Positions 7,415 to 17,587 of a stretch of DNA of 32,000 nt are shown piece after piece. Origin of the DNA: Candidatus Saccharimonadota bacterium (GTDB taxonomy: Bacteria > Patescibacteriota > Saccharimonadia > Saccharimonadales > UBA4665); NCBI GenBank assembly GCA_963716945.1, contig OY970322.1, positions 570,001 through 602,000 on the forward strand. Reading direction: 5' to 3'. The translations under genes and the position numbers were made by a program. Under the pieces are notes generated by a model, which searched no databases, was not told the DNA's origin, and worked only from the letters and a program-made list of their open reading frames with translations. Every line of letters begins with the position of its first letter. The first letter of the stretch is position 1.

Positions 7415-10400
7415 ACTTGGTCGACCCAGGCGCGGGCGTTATAGAAGATTTGCAGCCAGGGCGAGTCCGGACCCCAGTTGTCGGGATGCCAGGACAGTTG
7501 GCGGGTCATGAAGGCGCGTTCGGGGTGCGGCATCAGGATCGTGGCACGGCCGTCGGGCGTCGTCAGCGCGGTGATGCCTTGCGGGGAGCCGTTGGGGTTG
7601 GCCGGGTAGGTTTCGGTCGTTTGACCGCGGTTGTCGACGTATTGAGCAATGACTAGGCCGGCTTTTTGGGCTGATTGGAGATGCTGCTTATTAGCGAATT
7701 GGGCCCTGCCCTCGCCGTGGGCGACCGGAACGGGCAGGATCGATCCGGCCATGCCTTTGAAGAGGATTGACGGCGACTCGTTAATTCTCACGAGCGTGAC
7801 GCGGGCTTCATACTGCTCGGACGTGTTGCCCAGGAAAGCCGGCCAGGTTTCGGCGCCGGGAATCAATTCTTTGAGGGCCGCCAGCATTTGGCAGCCGTTG
7901 CAGACGCCGAGGCTGAAAGTGTCGGTCCGAGCAAAGAATTTACTAAAAATTGTGCGCAGCTTCGGGCTATAGAGGATGGATTTGGCCCAGCCCTCGCCCG
8001 CCCCGAGTACATCACCGTAGCTGAAACCGCCGCAAGCCGCCAGCCCGGCGAAGTCTTTCAAGTCGACCCGGCCGTCCAAAATGTCGTTCAAATGGACATC
8101 GACGCTGGTGAAACCGGCCCGGTCGAAGGCGGCGGCCATTTCGATTTGGCCGTTGACGCCCTGTTCGCGGAAGATAGCGACCTTGGGCTTGGTCTTGTAG
8201 GTCTTTGATTCCGGCTTGAAGCTGACTTTGGCTGACAGGCCCGGGTCTTTGTCGTCGCTGATGGCCTCGAATTCCTGGTCGGCGGCTTCCGGGTTGTCGC
8301 GCAGCTTCTGTAGCTGGTAGCTGGTCTGACCCCACCAGCTTTCAAGTTCGGCGCGGGTATTGCGGTATAGCTCAAAGCTCTCGCTGATGGTGATTTCCTG
8401 TTTGTGGGTCGGACGGCCGATGTTGGTGGCAATTGAAGCGCCAAATTGCTTGATGACGGCCAGGGCGTCTGATTCGGCTACTTGGATGACGGCGCCTAAC
8501 TCTTCATTAAATAGTTTCTCCAGGGGGTGGCCGCCAAGACCGCTAATGTTTAGTTCCAGGCCGCAGCGGCTGGCGAAAGCCATCTCCAGAACGGTCGTTA
8601 GCAGGCCGCCGTCAGAGCGGTCATGGTAGGCCAGAATTTTGTTTTGCCGCTTGAGCCGGTTGAGGGTTTTGAAAAACTGTTTGAGTACGGCCGGGTCGGC
8701 GTCCGGCGTTTGGCCGCCGGTTTGGTTGAAGACCTGGGCCAGGGCCGAGCCGCCGAGCCGCGGTTCCGGGCCGCCCAGGTTTACCAGTATCAGGCAGGTG
8801 TCGCCTGCTAAGTCCAGTTGCGGCGTTAAGGTCTTGCCGGTGTCTTGGACGGGGGCGAAACCGGTAATGATGAGCGATACCGGCGAGGTAACGTCGCGGT
8901 CCAGGCCCTTGTCCTGCCACTGGGTGCGCATGCTGAGCGAGTCTTTGCCGACGGGTATGGTTAAGCCGAGGGCCGGAGCGAAGTCTTCGCCGACGGCCTT
9001 GACGCTGTCGAACAGGCGCTCGTCTTCGTCGCCTTCGCCGGCGGCGGCCATCCAGTTGGCCGATAATTTGATATCTTGGAGCTTGCCGATGTCGGCAGCG
9101 GCGATATTAGTGATGGTCTCGCCAATGGCCATGCGGGCGGCGGCCGGAGCGTTGGTGACGGCCAGCGGCGTGCGTTCACCCATGGCCATGGCTTCGCCGG
9201 CATCACTGTCAAAACCGACTGCCGTAACGGCTGCGTCGCTGACCGGAACTTGCCAGGGACCGACCATTTGGTCGCGGGTAACCAGTCCGCCGACCGTGCG
9301 GTCGCCGATGGTGATAAGGAACTTTTTGCTGCCGACGGCCGGCAGCTGCAGGACGCGTTTAACGGCCTCTTCAAGCTCTAGGCCGGTGAAATCCAGTTTG
9401 CCCGTCTCCGTCTCCCGGCGGCTGACTTCGCGGGTCATTTTGGGCGGTTTGCCGAATAATACGCTCATTGGCAGGTCGACCGGCCGGTTGTCGAATAGGC
9501 TGTCTTCCAGGACCAGATGCCGGTCCTTGGTGATGGTTCCGGCAACCGCGAAGGGACACCGCTCGCGCTCGCAAATCTTAGTAAAACGCTCCAAGTCGCC
9601 AGGCGCGATACCGATTACGTAGCGCTCTTGGGCTTCGTTGCACCAAATCTCCAGCGGCGACAAACCAGGTTCGGCGCTTGGGATGTCGCGCAATTGGAAA
9701 ACGGCGCCGCGGTTGGAGTCATGCACCAGCTCCGGCAGGGCGTTGGACAAGCCCCCGGCACCGACATCATGGACCGTAATGACCGGATTCTTATCGCCGA
9801 GTGCCCAGCAGGTGTCGATTACTTCTTGGGCCCGGCGTTCAATCTCACCGTTGCCGCGTTGGACCGAGGCGAAATCCAGCGTCGCTTCCTGGCTGCCGAC
9901 ATTCTGGCTCGAAGCCGCCCCGCCGCCGAGTCCGATCAGCATGGCCGGTCCGCCCAGCACGATGACCAGCGAGCCGACCGGCAGCTGTTTCTTTTTGATG
10001 TGCTGCTCCCGGATATTCCCCAGGCCGCCAGCAATCATGATCGGTTTGTGGTAACCCCACACCCGGCCGCCGGCCTGTTGCTCGTAAGTGCGAAAATAGC
10101 CGGCAAGATTAGGCCGCCCGAACTCGTTGGCGAAGCCGGCGCCGCCAATCGGGGCTTCCAGCATGATATCAAGCGCCGAAACGATGCGGTCGGGTTTGCC
10201 GCAAGATTGTTCCCAGGGCTGTTTCAGGCCGGGTATCTCCAGGTTGGAGACGGTGAAACCGGCCAAACCCATTTTGGACTTGGCACCGCGCCCGGTCGCG
10301 GCTTCGTCGCGGATTTCGCCGCCGATACCGGTCGCCGCGCCGGGCACCGGCGCGATAGCCGTCGGGTGGTTATGGGTCTCAACCTTAATGACGCTGTGGA

Positions 10401-11244
10401 CGGGTTCCTGGTGGTAACGGTAGGTGTTGTCCGCCGGGTCGGTGAAGAAGCGGCCGGCGGCCGGCCCTTTGATGACGGCGGCGTTATCGCTATAGGCCGA
10501 GAGGACGTCCTGGCCGCCCTTCTCGTAGGTATTCTTGATCATTTTGAAAAGGCTTTTAGGCTGGCGCACGCCGTCGACTACCCAATCGGCATTGAAGATC
10601 TTGTGGCGGCAATGCTCGCTGTTGACCTGGGCGAACATCATCAGCTCGACATCGGTCGGATTGCGTTCCAGTCCTGTGTAAGCCTCGTAGAGGTAGTCGA
10701 TTTCGTCTTCGGCGAGGGCCAGGCCTAACTGCCGGTTGGCCGTCATGAGCCCTTCCCGGCCGGACTTTAGGATGTCGATAAAGCGGAGTTTGCCCGGCTC
10801 GGTCTCGGCGAACAGGGTTTTGGCGGCCTCGAGGTCGGTCAGGACCGCCTCCGTCATTCGGTCATGTAGTATTTCGGCTATGGCCGCGTCGGCCGGGGCG
10901 GCCCCCCGGACGTAATAGGCAACGCCGCGTTCGATTCTTTTAACGGCTGTCAAGCCGGAGTTATGGGCGATGTCGGTGGCTTTGCTCGACCAGGGTGAAA
11001 TCGTGCCCGGCCGTGGAACTACCAGATATAAGGCGCCATCCCCGCTGCCTTCAAAAGGCGTGCCATAAGTTGTCAGTTGCCTTAGCCGTTCTTCGCTGCC
11101 GGCGTCCAGCCGGCTTTCGGTGTCGGCGAAATGGACATATTCAGCCTCGACGTTCTGAATCGAGTTGTCGACCGCTTGCAGGCGGCTGAGCAGTTTGGCC
11201 TTGCGAAACTCCGACAGTGCCGAGATTCCGCGGAAGGTCTGCAC
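7411..11244 (-). CDS. purL: Phosphoribosylformylglycinamidine synthase, single-chain large form (synthetase + glutaminase)
   Basis: 1277-aa ORF with [23 protein letters not shown], and a C-terminal glutamine amidotransferase containing GVCNGCQML and MPHPER. Confidence 0.97.
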   Translation of the reverse strand: MQTFRGISALSEFRKAKLLSRLQAVDNSIQNVEAEYVHFADTESRLDAGSEERLRQLTTYGTPFEGSGDGALYLVVPRPGTISPWSSKATDIAHNSGLTAVKRIERGVAYYVRGAAPADAAIAEILHDRMTEAVLTDLEAAKTLFAETEPGKLRFIDILKSGREGLMTANRQLGLALAEDEIDYLYEAYTGLERNPTDVELMMFAQVNSEHCRHKIFNADWVVDGVRQPKSLFKMIKNTYEKGGQDVLSAYSDNAAVIKGPAAGRFFTDPADNTYRYHQEPVHSVIKVETHNHPTAIAPVPGAATGIGGEIRDEAATGRGAKSKMGLAGFTVSNLEIPGLKQPWEQSCGKPDRIVSALDIMLEAPIGGAGFANEFGRPNLAGYFRTYEQQAGGRVWGYHKPIMIAGGLGNIREQHIKKKQLPVGSLVIVLGGPAMLIGLGGGAASSQNVGSQEATLDFASVQRGNGEIERRAQEVIDTCWALGDKNPVITVHDVGAGGLSNALPELVHDSNRGAVFQLRDIPSAEPGLSPLEIWCNEAQERYVIGIAPGDLERFTKICERERCPFAVAGTITKDRHLVLEDSLFDNRPVDLPMSVLFGKPPKMTREVSRRETETGKLDFTGLELEEAVKRVLQLPAVGSKKFLITIGDRTVGGLVTRDQMVGPWQVPVSDAAVTAVGFDSDAGEAMAMGERTPLAVTNAPAAARMAIGETITNIAAADIGKLQDIKLSANWMAAAGEGDEDERLFDSVKAVGEDFAPALGLTIPVGKDSLSMRTQWQDKGLDRDVTSPVSLIITGFAPVQDTGKTLTPQLDLAGDTCLILVNLGGPEPRLGGSALAQVFNQTGGQTPDADPAVLKQFFKTLNRLKRQNKILAYHDRSDGGLLTTVLEMAFASRCGLELNISGLGGHPLEKLFNEELGAVIQVAESDALAVIKQFGASIATNIGRPTHKQEITISESFELYRNTRAELESWWGQTSYQLQKLRDNPEAADQEFEAISDDKDPGLSAKVSFKPESKTYKTKPKVAIFREQGVNGQIEMAAAFDRAGFTSVDVHLNDILDGRVDLKDFAGLAACGGFSYGDVLGAGEGWAKSILYSPKLRTIFSKFFARTDTFSLGVCNGCQMLAALKELIPGAETWPAFLGNTSEQYEARVTLVRINESPSILFKGMAGSILPVPVAHGEGRAQFANKQHLQSAQKAGLVIAQYVDNRGQTTETYPANPNGSPQGITALTTPDGRATILMPHPERAFMTRQLSWHPDNWGPDSPWLQIFYNARAWVDQV

Positions 11245-12341
11245 TAGCGCACCCCCAGGCTATCGCCGGCGAAGGTGATCTGGAGCGGTTCGATGACGAC
11301 TTGTTTGGGGCCGGCCTCGACAGTGCCGGCGGCCCAGGCTTTTAAGCCCTGCTTGGCGGCGACGTCGACGACCGCCCCAGCTTGCCCGGCCGGCACGTAA
11401 ACGGCGTAGCCGGCGCCCATGTTGTAGTTGCCGTACATTTCGGTCTCGTCATTGCCGGCCTGGTCGGCAATGAAAGCGAAAATCTCTTGAGCCGGCACCA
11501 GTTCTCTTATAACGTAGCTGAATTCGACTTCGGCCCGCATCAGTTTGCGCCAGCCGTGGCCGGTGATGTTTGACAGGTAGTGGACATCGATGTCGTCGGC
11601 CTGCAAGGCCTGGACCAGGCCGGCATATATATAAGACGGCGCCAGCGCGGCTTCGGCCAAAGTCCGGCCGCCGGGCAATTTGGTCTGGTAACCGTCCGGC
11701 AGCCCGGCGGCGATTTCGCGGATCAGGCTGATGCCGTTGGCGTGGGGTCCGTTGGACTCGATTAGGACTATGGCATCGCCGGCGCGCAGGTTTTTACCCT
11801 GGACCAGGTGCTTGGCGGATTTGATAATGCCGAAGGCCGAGCCGGCTAGTTCCAGCGCCCCGTCTTCGACTACTCCCGGCAGCGACTGGGTTTCGCCGCC
11901 GCCCCAGACCACCTTGGCCAAGTCGCACGCCCGGCGCCAGCCTCTGATCAGGTCGCCGGCTAATTTCTCATCGGTCAGCCATTCGTAAGAGCTGGACGAC
12001 CAGTAGGCGTTCAGAACTACGGGGCTGGCGCCGACACTGACCAGGTCATTAATAACGCAGGCGACCGTATCTTGGGCGACCTCGCCGAAATAGGATTGGC
12101 CGGTTTGCCGGTAAACGGCTTGGGCGATCAGGCTCTTAGTGCCCAGGCCTTCCTGTACGAAAGCCCCCCAGGTGCCGCCCATGTCAAAAACGTAGGCCGA
12201 TTCGCCCCTGGTGCCGTCGACTTCGCGGTAGCCGGCCGGCATGTTGCCGGCGGTAGCCAGGCCCTGCTTTTGGGCCAGGACTTTCAGGGGGTCAGCTTGG
12301 GAATAGTTAACGGACTTATGATAGGATAGCTTCTTTGCCAC
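11244..12341 (-). CDS. purM: Phosphoribosylformylglycinamidine cyclo-ligase (AIR synthase)
   Basis: [31 protein letters not shown] and [15 protein letters not shown] are collinear with PurM. GTG start with AAGAGGAG upstream. The stop overlaps the purL start by 1 nt. Confidence 0.88.
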   Translation of the reverse strand: MAKKLSYHKSVNYSQADPLKVLAQKQGLATAGNMPAGYREVDGTRGESAYVFDMGGTWGAFVQEGLGTKSLIAQAVYRQTGQSYFGEVAQDTVACVINDLVSVGASPVVLNAYWSSSSYEWLTDEKLAGDLIRGWRRACDLAKVVWGGGETQSLPGVVEDGALELAGSAFGIIKSAKHLVQGKNLRAGDAIVLIESNGPHANGISLIREIAAGLPDGYQTKLPGGRTLAEAALAPSYIYAGLVQALQADDIDVHYLSNITGHGWRKLMRAEVEFSYVIRELVPAQEIFAFIADQAGNDETEMYGNYNMGAGYAVYVPAGQAGAVVDVAAKQGLKAWAAGTVEAGPKQVVIEPLQITFAGDSLGVR

Positions 12342-12418
12342 GCCGGCTCCTCTTACTGATTCATTATACCAAAAATCTTAAGGTCTGCCTCCTCTGCCGG
12401 CGCCAGCTTATTAAAGGC

Positions 12419-12448
12419 TTGTCAGGCGTGTTTGTTATGGTTTATTAT
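12419..12448 (+). promoter_or_regulatory. Candidate sigma70-type promoter for the purF-purN-purD operon
   Basis: TTGTCA (12419-12424), an 18-nt spacer, then TATTAT (12443-12448), about 100 nt upstream of purF. Recognised by pattern only. Confidence 0.25.
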
Positions 12449-12556
12449 AAGAATAAGAAAGTTGCAAGCGCGTGACAGCTTTTTCGCTATTTCCGCTATC
12501 ACGAAAGCCCTAGCCGGCGCGTTTGCCGCTTCCGAACAATAAAAGGGGGAAACTAA

Positions 12557-14053
12557 ATGCCACTGGCAAACCACGTGATGGACGAACTCAAGGAAAAATG
12601 TGCGGTGTTTGGTATTATTGGACCGAAAACCGACCAACGAACGGGCCTGGAAGCGGCCCGTTTATCTTTTTATGGCCTATGGGCGTTGCAGCACCGCGGC
12701 CAGGAGAGTTCGGGCATCGCCAGTACCGACGGCAAAGCGATGTACCGCCACGCCGCCCCCGGTCTGGTGGCCACGGTTTACCGCGAAGAGGACCTGGAGC
12801 AGTTGCCGGGCCATATCGCCATCGGCCATAACCGCTACTCGACGTCGGGCGGGACCGATGACCGTTACAACCAACCGTTTGTCGACCACGAGCGCAAGAT
12901 CGCTTTTGCTCATAACGGCAACTTGCCCGACTGGACCAAGCTTGAAGAATTCCTGACCGGGCGCGGCGTTACCCTGGACAAGCTCAACGATTCCAGCATG
13001 ATGGCCGCGGCAATCGGCTGCTACATGGACGAGGGTTTGGACTTGGTGGACGCCATCAAACGGGCCTATCCGCTGTTCACGGGTGTTTTCTCGGCGGTAG
13101 TTATGGATACCGAGCGGCTTATCACCTTCCGTGACCCGTGCGGTATCCGGCCGCTGTCAATCGGCAAATTGGATGGCGGCTATGCCGTGGCTTCCGAAAC
13201 TTGTGCCTTTGATACGGTCGGGGCGGAATTCGTCCGCGACGTCAAACCGGGCGAGCTGGTCGTCCTCAGCGAAGACGGCATTGAATCGCACCAGGTCGTC
13301 AAGGGCGAGCAAAAACTCGATATCTTTGAAATGGTCTACTTCGCCCGGCCCGACAGCCTGCTGCTCGGCAAGCGGGTTGACATGGTGCGGCAGGAGTTCG
13401 GCCGGGTCATGGCCCGCGAGTTCCCGATCGAGGCCGACGTGATCGTGCCGGTGCCCGACTCCGGGATTCCGGCGGGCCTCGGCTACTCACAGGCCAGCGG
13501 TATCCCGTTCGAGATGGCGCTCATCAAGAACCGCTATATCCATCGAACCTTTATCCGCCCGACGGCCCAGCTCCGCGAAAGAGACCTGAAGATGAAACTC
13601 AACCCGGTGATCGAACTCCTGAAAGATCAGCGGGTTGTTTTAGTAGACGACTCGATTGTCCGGGGCACGACCATGCGCCACCTGGTATCAATGGTCTTTG
13701 AGGCCGGCGCCAAAGAGGTTCATTTGCTGATAAGCTGTCCGCCGGTACGCTATCCGGATTTCTATGGCATTAATACTCCCAAACAGTCCGAACTGCTGGC
13801 CGCTTATATGACGGAAAAAGAAATGGGTGATTACGTCGGTGCCACGTCGCTGTCTTTCCTGTCATTCGACGGCATGATGAAAGCTACCGGCTTACCGGCT
13901 TCGAACTTCACGGCCTCGTGCTTCACCGGCGATTACCCGATCCCGATCGGCAAGCGCGCCAACGAAATCGTCAAGCTCAAGCCCGGCGAAGTCCTGCCCC
14001 GCTCCAGCCACACGCCGCCTCAAAGGGCCACGGCCCGCAGCGCCTCATCATGA
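12557..14053 (+). CDS. purF: Amidophosphoribosyltransferase
   Basis: N-terminal nucleophile context KCAVFGIIG after a short propeptide, HNRYSTSG, and the PRPP loop VVLVDDSIVRGTT. GGGGGA RBS upstream. Confidence 0.95.
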   Translation: MPLANHVMDELKEKCAVFGIIGPKTDQRTGLEAARLSFYGLWALQHRGQESSGIASTDGKAMYRHAAPGLVATVYREEDLEQLPGHIAIGHNRYSTSGGTDDRYNQPFVDHERKIAFAHNGNLPDWTKLEEFLTGRGVTLDKLNDSSMMAAAIGCYMDEGLDLVDAIKRAYPLFTGVFSAVVMDTERLITFRDPCGIRPLSIGKLDGGYAVASETCAFDTVGAEFVRDVKPGELVVLSEDGIESHQVVKGEQKLDIFEMVYFARPDSLLLGKRVDMVRQEFGRVMAREFPIEADVIVPVPDSGIPAGLGYSQASGIPFEMALIKNRYIHRTFIRPTAQLRERDLKMKLNPVIELLKDQRVVLVDDSIVRGTTMRHLVSMVFEAGAKEVHLLISCPPVRYPDFYGINTPKQSELLAAYMTEKEMGDYVGATSLSFLSFDGMMKATGLPASNFTASCFTGDYPIPIGKRANEIVKLKPGEVLPRSSHTPPQRATARSASS

Positions 14054-14745
14054 ACCCGCGGATCGCTGTCCTGGCTTCGGGCGGTGGGACGACGGCCGAA
14101 GCCTTCATCCGGGCCGGCCAAAAAGGCGAGATTAATGTCGACGTCGGCTTGGTGATTGCCAGCCGCCAGGATGCCGGCGTTTTTCAGCGGATCGATAAGC
14201 TCAACCAAGAATTCAAACTGCAAATAGACTGCGTTCTGATTAACCACAAAACTCATCCGGCCGCGATTGACGAGAATGTCGAACCGGGCGGCCAGACGGC
14301 CGGCGAGGAAGCCGCTATTCTGGCGGCGTTATTGGCAGGTCATTTTGACCTGGTGGCACTGATGGGTTATATGAAAAAAATGGGGCCCAATCTGGTCGAA
14401 GCCTTTGGCTGGCGGATCGAGTACACCAGCCTTTACCAAGCTCGCATGGTCAACACCCACCCCGGTATTTTGCCGGACACCAAGTCTATGTACGGCTTGC
14501 AGATCCAAGAGTATGTTCTTGACCACCGGCTGCCATATGGCGGCCAGACACTCCATGTCGTAGCCGAGGATTATGACGAAGGCCCGATTATCGCCGAACA
14601 TAAGGTGCCGGTCGAGCCGGGCGATACGCCGGCCAAGCTTTTTGAACGGGTCCAAGCCGTCGAGAAACAGTATTTGCCCGGCGACATCGAGGCCTTTATC
14701 CAGGCCCGGCAGGCGTATAGTATGGAGCAAAAGGAGACCGAATAA
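14050..14745 (+). CDS. purN: Phosphoribosylglycinamide formyltransferase
   Basis: MNPRIAVLASGGGT..., VNTHPGILP and DEGPIIAEHKVPV. The start is set at ATG 14050, which overlaps the purF stop (ATGA). The 13918 track start lies inside purF. Confidence 0.85.
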   Translation: MNPRIAVLASGGGTTAEAFIRAGQKGEINVDVGLVIASRQDAGVFQRIDKLNQEFKLQIDCVLINHKTHPAAIDENVEPGGQTAGEEAAILAALLAGHFDLVALMGYMKKMGPNLVEAFGWRIEYTSLYQARMVNTHPGILPDTKSMYGLQIQEYVLDHRLPYGGQTLHVVAEDYDEGPIIAEHKVPVEPGDTPAKLFERVQAVEKQYLPGDIEAFIQARQAYSMEQKETE

Positions 14746-16013
14746 TGGCGGAAGTTTTGGTTATCGGCGGCGGCGCCCGCGAACAAGCCTTAGCCTGGAA
14801 ACTGGTCCAATCCCCGTCCGTCGATAAGGTTTATGTGGCGCCCGGCAACGGCGGCAGCGGCGGCCGGATCGAGAACGTCGACATCGGCTGGCTGGATGTC
14901 GACGGCCTGCTGGAATTCGCCCGGACCAAAAAGATCGGCTTGACCGTCGTCGGCCAGGAAGCGGCTTATGAAGCCGGCGTGGTTGACGCCTTTCAGGCAG
15001 CCGGTCTGACGATATTCGGCCCTACCAAAGCCGCCGGCCGGATTGAAACCTCCAAAGTCCTATCCAAGGACCTGATGGCCGACCAGGGCATCCCGACGGC
15101 TGCTTATAAAACCTTCACCGATACCGCCGCGGCTCTAGCCTACGCCAAAAGCCGCCCGTTGCCGGTAGTGGTCAAGGCCGACGGCCTAGCCGAGGGCAAA
15201 GGCGTTACCGTCTGCTTCGAGACCGGCCAAATCGAGGCCGCCATCGACCAGATCATGGTTCAAAAGGCTTTCGGCGACTCCGGCAACCAGGTCGTAGTCG
15301 AGGATTTCCTCAAAGGCCGGGAAGTCTCGATTCACGCCTTATGCGACGGCCGGCAGGCGGCAATCTTCCCCGCCTCGCAGGATCACAAGCAAATTAACGA
15401 TGGCGACCTGGGTCCGAACACCGGCGGCATGGGAGTCATCGCGCCCGTGCCCTGGGTTACGCCTAAGCACCTGGAAACAATCAAGGACCGTATCGTCCAG
15501 CCGGCCTTGCGCGGTCTTGATCAAAAAGGTTCGAAATTTAGCGGCGTGCTGTACCCCGGCCTGATGATCGACGGTGACGACGTTAACGTCGTCGAGTTCA
15601 ACGCACGCTTCGGCGATCCCGAGGCGGAAGTCTATATGCGTTTACTGGACGGCGACCTTTATGAAATTCTGAGCGATTGTGCGCGGGGCCGGTTGGACCC
15701 GGCCAGCGTCGGCTGGAAACCGGGCTTCGCCGTAGACATTGCCCTAGCCTCCGGCGGCTACCCCGGCAAATATAGCAAGGGCCTGCCGATTACGGGCATC
15801 GGCGAAGCCGAAAAGCTGGCTGACATAGTCGTTTTTCACGCCGGCACGGCTATCAAAGACGGGCAGTTGGTAACGGCCGGTGGACGGGTGCTGAACGTTA
15901 CGGCTACCGGCGAGACGCTGGACCAGGCCTTGGACAAAGCCTATGCCGCCGTCAAACTTATACATTTCGAAGGTATGCACTACCGCACCGACATCGGCCG
16001 CCGGCCGGTTTAG
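14745..16013 (+). CDS. purD: Phosphoribosylamine-glycine ligase
   Basis: VLVIGGGAREQALAWKL, VAPGNGG, an ATP-grasp core and EFNARFGDPE. The start overlaps the purN stop (TAATG). Confidence 0.95.
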   Translation: MAEVLVIGGGAREQALAWKLVQSPSVDKVYVAPGNGGSGGRIENVDIGWLDVDGLLEFARTKKIGLTVVGQEAAYEAGVVDAFQAAGLTIFGPTKAAGRIETSKVLSKDLMADQGIPTAAYKTFTDTAAALAYAKSRPLPVVVKADGLAEGKGVTVCFETGQIEAAIDQIMVQKAFGDSGNQVVVEDFLKGREVSIHALCDGRQAAIFPASQDHKQINDGDLGPNTGGMGVIAPVPWVTPKHLETIKDRIVQPALRGLDQKGSKFSGVLYPGLMIDGDDVNVVEFNARFGDPEAEVYMRLLDGDLYEILSDCARGRLDPASVGWKPGFAVDIALASGGYPGKYSKGLPITGIGEAEKLADIVVFHAGTAIKDGQLVTAGGRVLNVTATGETLDQALDKAYAAVKLIHFEGMHYRTDIGRRPV

Positions 16014-16552
16014 TCGCTCAGGCCGGCCGTAGAGGGCTTGACCAGGCGCCGGGCTTCGGCGGTAGCCAAGGCATATAGGCCGAACAATGCGCCGGTGTAA
16101 ACCAGGTCGCTCAAGGCCGTATTCCTGAAGAACGGCAGCGCCAGAGTATAGCAGCTGACCAGACCGCTCCAGGTGTGGGCGTACATGCCGCTGGTCACCC
16201 AGACGCCGAAGTTGGTAATCACGTAAAAACCGGCCGAACCGCTAACCGTCAGGAGCGCTCCGCGGCGCAAAGTCGGTTTCTGCAGCCAGCGTGAACTGGC
16301 CAGCGCGATTAGGAAATAACATCCCCAAGTCAGCAGGATCAGATTATGCAAGCCGATGATGAGGTCCGACACCATCATGGCCCCGACCGGCACCCAGACC
16401 GCCAGCCGCCGCGGCAGGACCGAACCGCCGAAAATGGCGATGGCCGCGATCGGCGCGAAGTTGGCCGGGTGCGGCAATAGACGCATGACTACGCCTAGCG
16501 TAATCAGGCACAGGGCGATAGCCAGATTGAGTTGCCCACCGGCCTTGTTCAT
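16010..16552 (-). CDS. Polytopic membrane protein (5-6 predicted TM helices), DUF6580-like putative transporter
   Basis: Hydrophobic throughout. The N-terminal LLPHPANFAPIAAIAIFGG pattern matches what I recall of the DUF6580 putative transport family. Overlaps the upstream DUF4430-like gene by 4 nt. Confidence 0.45.
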   Translation of the reverse strand: MNKAGGQLNLAIALCLITLGVVMRLLPHPANFAPIAAIAIFGGSVLPRRLAVWVPVGAMMVSDLIIGLHNLILLTWGCYFLIALASSRWLQKPTLRRGALLTVSGSAGFYVITNFGVWVTSGMYAHTWSGLVSCYTLALPFFRNTALSDLVYTGALFGLYALATAEARRLVKPSTAGLSD

Positions 16553-16941
16553 TGGAGCTTCCAGGTTACGGTGTCGGTATTCTTGGTAACGTAGGCGCTG
16601 GCGCCGAGGCTGGACTCCTTGTTATTGACATAAAGCGTCCAGTACTTGGGGCCGTTGCCGGCGGTGCCGTTGATTGAAACTACGAAGTCGCCGAACGAAT
16701 AGTGCTTGGTCTGGACCTGGGCGTGCCGCTTGAGCAGCGTCAAGGCGTCGACGCCCTGCTGGCCGCGGTAGCTGATTTGCGTGGTTTGCTGCTCGGAGTT
16801 GGTCGTTACCTGGACGTGCGCCGGGTTGTGCAGCTGGTACCAGGCGCCGATGCCGCCGCCGACCAGGCCGGCGAGCACGATGACGCTGACAATTACTTTT
16901 GATACCTGGCTTTGTGCCTTCTTTTTTGCCGTTCGGCCCAT
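16549..16941 (-). CDS. Membrane-anchored DUF4430-like (transcobalamin/intrinsic-factor beta-domain-like) binding protein
   Basis: N-terminal TM anchor (VIVSVIVLAGLVGGGIGAW). The following domain, GVDALTLLK...GDFVVSINGTAG...YWTLYVNN...GASAYV...DTVTWKL, follows the DUF4430 pattern. RBS AAGGAGG upstream. Confidence 0.5.
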   Translation of the reverse strand: MGRTAKKKAQSQVSKVIVSVIVLAGLVGGGIGAWYQLHNPAHVQVTTNSEQQTTQISYRGQQGVDALTLLKRHAQVQTKHYSFGDFVVSINGTAGNGPKYWTLYVNNKESSLGASAYVTKNTDTVTWKLQ

Positions 16942-17054
16942 GATTAATCCTCCTTGCCCCTAGGCAAATAGGATGAGCCAACCCTAATCATCAAATGCTT
17001 GCCTGAGACCCGCCGCCCGCGCGGCTGTTGTTAATAACCGCATTGTAGCATGCT

Positions 17055-17573
17055 TTAATCCTTGTCGGCCAGGAATTGCTGCCAGCCTTGGGTTTGGATT
17101 TGGGCGTCTTTGTCGAGAACGCCGTCACGCTGCTCCTGCACGTACGCCTCATACTTTTCGGCCAGTTCCCCGTTGCCTAGAGCCAGGATGCGGATAGCCA
17201 GCAGGGCGCCGTTCTTGGCGCCGTTTTCGGGCATGGTGGCTAGCGGTATGCCAGGCGGCATTTTGATATTTGACCAAAAAGCTTCATGGCCGTGGTGCTC
17301 TCGTTTAACCGGTATGGCGATGACCGGCAGCATGGTGCTGGAGGCCGTCATGCCCGGCAGGTGGGCGGAGCCGCCGGCGCCGGCAATAATGACTTGCAAA
17401 CCCCGGCTTTGCGCCTCTTCGGCGTATTTGACCATTTCGTTCGGAGTGCGGTGCGCCGAAACGACCTTTACCTCGTAGCCGACACCGAATTCATCGAGTG
17501 TTTTGGCGGCCGGGCCCATGATATCCAGATCCGAATCCGATCCCATGATGATGCCGACGACGGGGTTGCTCAT
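17055..17573 (-). CDS. purE: N5-carboxyaminoimidazole ribonucleotide mutase
   Basis: MSNPVVGIIMGSDSDLDIM... and AGGSAHLPGM. The start is set at ATG 17573, with AGGAG 8 nt upstream. The longer track ORF (to 17882) is an Arg/Pro-rich read-through into purK. Confidence 0.93.
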   Translation of the reverse strand: MSNPVVGIIMGSDSDLDIMGPAAKTLDEFGVGYEVKVVSAHRTPNEMVKYAEEAQSRGLQVIIAGAGGSAHLPGMTASSTMLPVIAIPVKREHHGHEAFWSNIKMPPGIPLATMPENGAKNGALLAIRILALGNGELAEKYEAYVQEQRDGVLDKDAQIQTQGWQQFLADKD

Positions 17574-17587
17574 AATATTTACTCCTA

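Noticed and set aside
8639-10728. 327-aa and 403-aa plus-strand ORFs (8639-9622 and 9517-10728) inside purL
   Set aside because: They are antisense to a 1277-aa ORF with clear FGAM synthase motifs. Their Ser/Arg/Pro/Ala-rich composition is typical of GC-rich antisense frames.
12342-12556. Possible purine, ZTP or PRPP riboswitch in the 215-bp purM/purF divergent region, and the 71-aa ORF at 12422-12637
   Set aside because: There is only a modest hairpin (CGTGACAGC...GCTATCACG). I could not find the ZTP CCGCCTGGGC element, the purine-riboswitch core or the ykkC core. The 71-aa ORF has no RBS and overlaps the purF start. An Infernal/Rfam scan would be decisive.
13918-14049. Upstream extension of the purN ORF
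   Set aside because: It lies inside the purF coding region in another frame and is Arg/Gln/Pro-rich. ATG 14050 gives the canonical RIAVLASGGGT start and an ATGA coupling with purF.
16942-17054. Cobalamin riboswitch upstream of the DUF4430-like gene
   Set aside because: Only about 113 nt are available, and I could not see a B12-box-like element. The region contains only short GC hairpins.
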